IMG/VR virus record: IMGVR_UViG_2734482545_000002
DNA: 25,502 nt
Direction: 5' to 3' (one strand)
Source of the DNA: a virus
Lineage: Duplodnaviria > Heunggongvirae > Uroviricota > Caudoviricetes
Part shown: positions 23,636-25,502 of the stretch, piece by piece
How the letters are laid out: each line of letters begins with the position of its first letter
Numbering within the stretch: the stretch's first letter is position 1
The notes under the pieces: model-generated
What the model was told of the DNA's origin: nothing
Database searches by the model: none
The model's input: the letters and a program-made list of their open reading frames with translations, nothing else
Made by a program: the position numbers and the translations under genes

Positions 23636-24155
23636 TCAGCAACCCCGGTATCAGTTCATCCAGCGCGGCTGCTTTGTTCATGGCTTTGATGATATCCCGT
23701 TTCAGGAAATCAACATGTCGGTTTTCCAGTTCCGGAAAACGCCGCTGCACCGACAGGGGGATCCCGTCGAGAATACTGGCAATTTCACCTGCGATCCGCG
23801 ACAGCACGAAAGTACAGAATGCGGTTTCCACCACTTCAGCGGAGTCTCTGGCATTTTTCAGCTCCTGTGCGTCGGCCTGCGCACGCGTAAGTCGATGGCG
23901 TTCGTACTCAATAGTCCCTGGCTGGAGATCTGTCTCGCTGGCCTGCCGCAGTTCTTCAACTTCCCGGCGCAGCTTTTCGTTCTCAATTTCAGCATCCCTT
24001 TCGGCATACCATCTTATAACGGCGGCAGAGTCATAAAGCACCTCATTACCCTTGCCACCGCCTCGCAGAACGGGCATTCCCTGTTCCTGCCAGTTCTGAA
24101 TGGTACGGATACTCGCACCGAAAATGTCAGCCAGCTGCTTTTTGTTGACTTCCAT
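23610..24155 (-). CDS. Nu1: Terminase small subunit Nu1, 181 aa
   Basis: MEVNKKQLADIFGASIRTIQNWQEQGMPVLRGGGKGNEVLYDSAAVIRWYAERDAEIENEKLRREVEELRQASE... matches lambda gpNu1. Lies immediately beside cos. Confidence 0.96.
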
Positions 24156-24380
24156 TGTTCATTCCACGGACAAAAACAGAGAAAGGAAACGACAGAGGCC
24201 AAAAAGCCCGTTTTCAGCACCTGTCGTTTCCTTTCTTTTCAGGGGGTGTTTTAAATAAAAACATTAGGTTACGGCGAAGAAGAACGGAAACGCCTTAAAC
24301 CGGAAAATTGTCATAAATAGCGAAAACCCGCGCGCCTTCCGCCCCGTAACCTGTCGGATCGCCGGAAAGGACCCGCAAAA
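24156..24380. promoter_or_regulatory. cos: cos DNA-packaging site: cosB (Nu1 R-sites), cosN-equivalent 12-mer (24333-24344), cosQ-side flank
   Basis: Sequence between the Nu1 start and ~24380 aligns with the reverse complement of the joined lambda genome ends (from memory). Inverted R-site repeats gaaaggaaacgacag (24181-24195) and ctgtcgtttcctttc (24221-24235), plus an R3-like agaacggaaacgcc (24281-24294). The 12-mer at the cosN position is cgccttccgccc, against lambda aggtcgccgccc in this orientation. Confidence 0.85.
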
Positions 24381-24543
24381 TGATAATAATTATCATCTAC
24401 ATGTCACAACGTGCATCTACGCCATCAAACCACGTCAAATAATCAATTATGACGCAGGTATCGTATTAATTGATCTGCATCAACTTAACGTAAAAACAAC
24501 TTCAGACAATACAAATCAGCGACACTGAATACAGGGCAACCTC

Positions 24544-24777
24544 ATGTCAACGAAGAACAGAACCCGCAGAACAACAACCCGCAACATCCGCTTTCCTAAC
24601 CAAATGATTGAACAAATTAACATCGCTCTTGTTCAAAAAGGGTCCGGGAATTTCTCAGCCTGGGTCATTGAAGCCTGCCGCCGGAGACTGTGCTCAGAAA
24701 AAAGAGTTTCGCCTGAAGCAAACAAAGAAAAGAGTGACATTACTGAATTGCTCAGAAAACAGGTTAGACCAGATTGA
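24544..24777 (+). CDS. DUF3950 family small protein (YlcI-like), 77 aa
   Basis: MSTKNRTRRTTTRNIRFPNQMIEQINIALVQKGSGNFSAWVIEACRRRL... matches the YlcI/DUF3950 proteins I recall from lambda and DLP12-type prophages beside cos. The C-terminal tail differs from the K-12 copy. Confidence 0.8.
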   Translation: MSTKNRTRRTTTRNIRFPNQMIEQINIALVQKGSGNFSAWVIEACRRRLCSEKRVSPEANKEKSDITELLRKQVRPD

Positions 24778-24834
24778 AGCAATTTAGATAATCGTGCAGA
24801 CTACGCCCCCTCATATCACATGGAAGGTACTACA

Positions 24835-25245
24835 ATGGCTCAGGTTGCCATTTTTAAACAAATATTCGATAAAGTGCGAAATAATTTAAACTATCACTGG
24901 TTTTATTCTGAACTAAAACGTCACAATGTCTCACATTACATTTACTATTTAGCCACAGAGAATATTCATCTTGTTCTTGAAAACGATAATACGGTTTTAA
25001 TAAAAGGACAGGGTAAGGTTGTAAATGTAAGATTTTCAAAAAATAAATGCCTTATAGAAGCCACCTTAAAAGGATTCAAATCAGGAGAGTTATCATTTTA
25101 CGAATACAGGAAAAATCTTGCTACAGCAGGGGTTTTCAGATGGATTACAAATATCCACGAAAACAAAAGGTATTACTATACCTTTGATAATTCATTACTC
25201 TTTACTGAGAACATACAGAACACTACACAAATATTTCCGCACTAA
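24835..25245 (+). CDS. DUF1398 family protein (YbcV/YdfO-like putative envelope protein), 136 aa
   Basis: [58 protein letters not shown]...[25 protein letters not shown] resembles the E. coli prophage DUF1398 paralogues. Start placed at ATG 24835 with a GAAGG Shine-Dalgarno 7 nt upstream; the track starts 5 codons earlier at 24820. Confidence 0.78.
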   Translation: MAQVAIFKQIFDKVRNNLNYHWFYSELKRHNVSHYIYYLATENIHLVLENDNTVLIKGQGKVVNVRFSKNKCLIEATLKGFKSGELSFYEYRKNLATAGVFRWITNIHENKRYYYTFDNSLLFTENIQNTTQIFPH

Positions 25246-25502
25246 ATCATAACGTCCGGTTTCTTCCGTGCCAGAACCGGACTCGCTGGCATGATGAAAT
25301 ATGTGTACCCGGTAACCCCGGTGTGCATCGTTTTTGATTATTCCCGCACACTCGCGCAGAAGGAGTTCCCCGTCGGGCTACGGTCTCTGTTAATACGGGA
25401 ATACGGCGACGATTGGATTTGCCCCTATATTTCCAGACATCTGTTATCACTTAACCCATTACAAGCCCGCTGCCGCAGATATTCCCGTGGCGAGCGATAA
25501 CC

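Noticed and set aside
25247-25500. Small ORFs 25247..25450 (-) and 25291..25500 (+) after the DUF1398 gene
   Set aside because: They overlap each other on opposite strands, the translations are not protein-like, and the equivalent lambda region is, as I recall, intergenic between the envelope-protein gene and bor. bor itself would start beyond the window.

Overview
This window is almost entirely the virion morphogenesis half of a lambda-like (lambdoid siphovirus) prophage, encoded on the minus strand in lambda gene order. Reading right to left: cos, Nu1, A, W, B, C/Nu3, D, E, FI, FII, Z, U, V, G/G-T, H, M, L, K, I, J, lom, stf, tfa. Calls rest on my recognition of the translated ORFs as close homologues of phage lambda proteins (from memory, no database search run) and on conserved lambda features visible in the DNA: ATGA/overlap coupling, the GGGAAAG G-T slippery site, cosB R-site inverted repeats and intrinsic terminators. 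To the right of cos, two small plus-strand genes (DUF3950/YlcI-like and DUF1398/YbcV-like) sit in lower-GC DNA, as in lambda and DLP12-type prophages. At the left edge, bases 1-83 are the exact terminal 83 bp of an IS1 element running off the window, followed by a ~750 bp AT-rich non-lambda segment (84-832) with no ORF of 60 aa or more but a clean plus-strand intrinsic terminator. Three N runs (3341-3590, 4634-4822, 6935-7265) interrupt stf, lom and J; at least two look like assembly artefacts. I do not see a clearly novel multi-gene system. The places where this element departs from canonical lambda are the AT-rich island next to IS1, the enlarged mosaic side tail fiber, a divergent J C-terminus and an altered cosN half-site.
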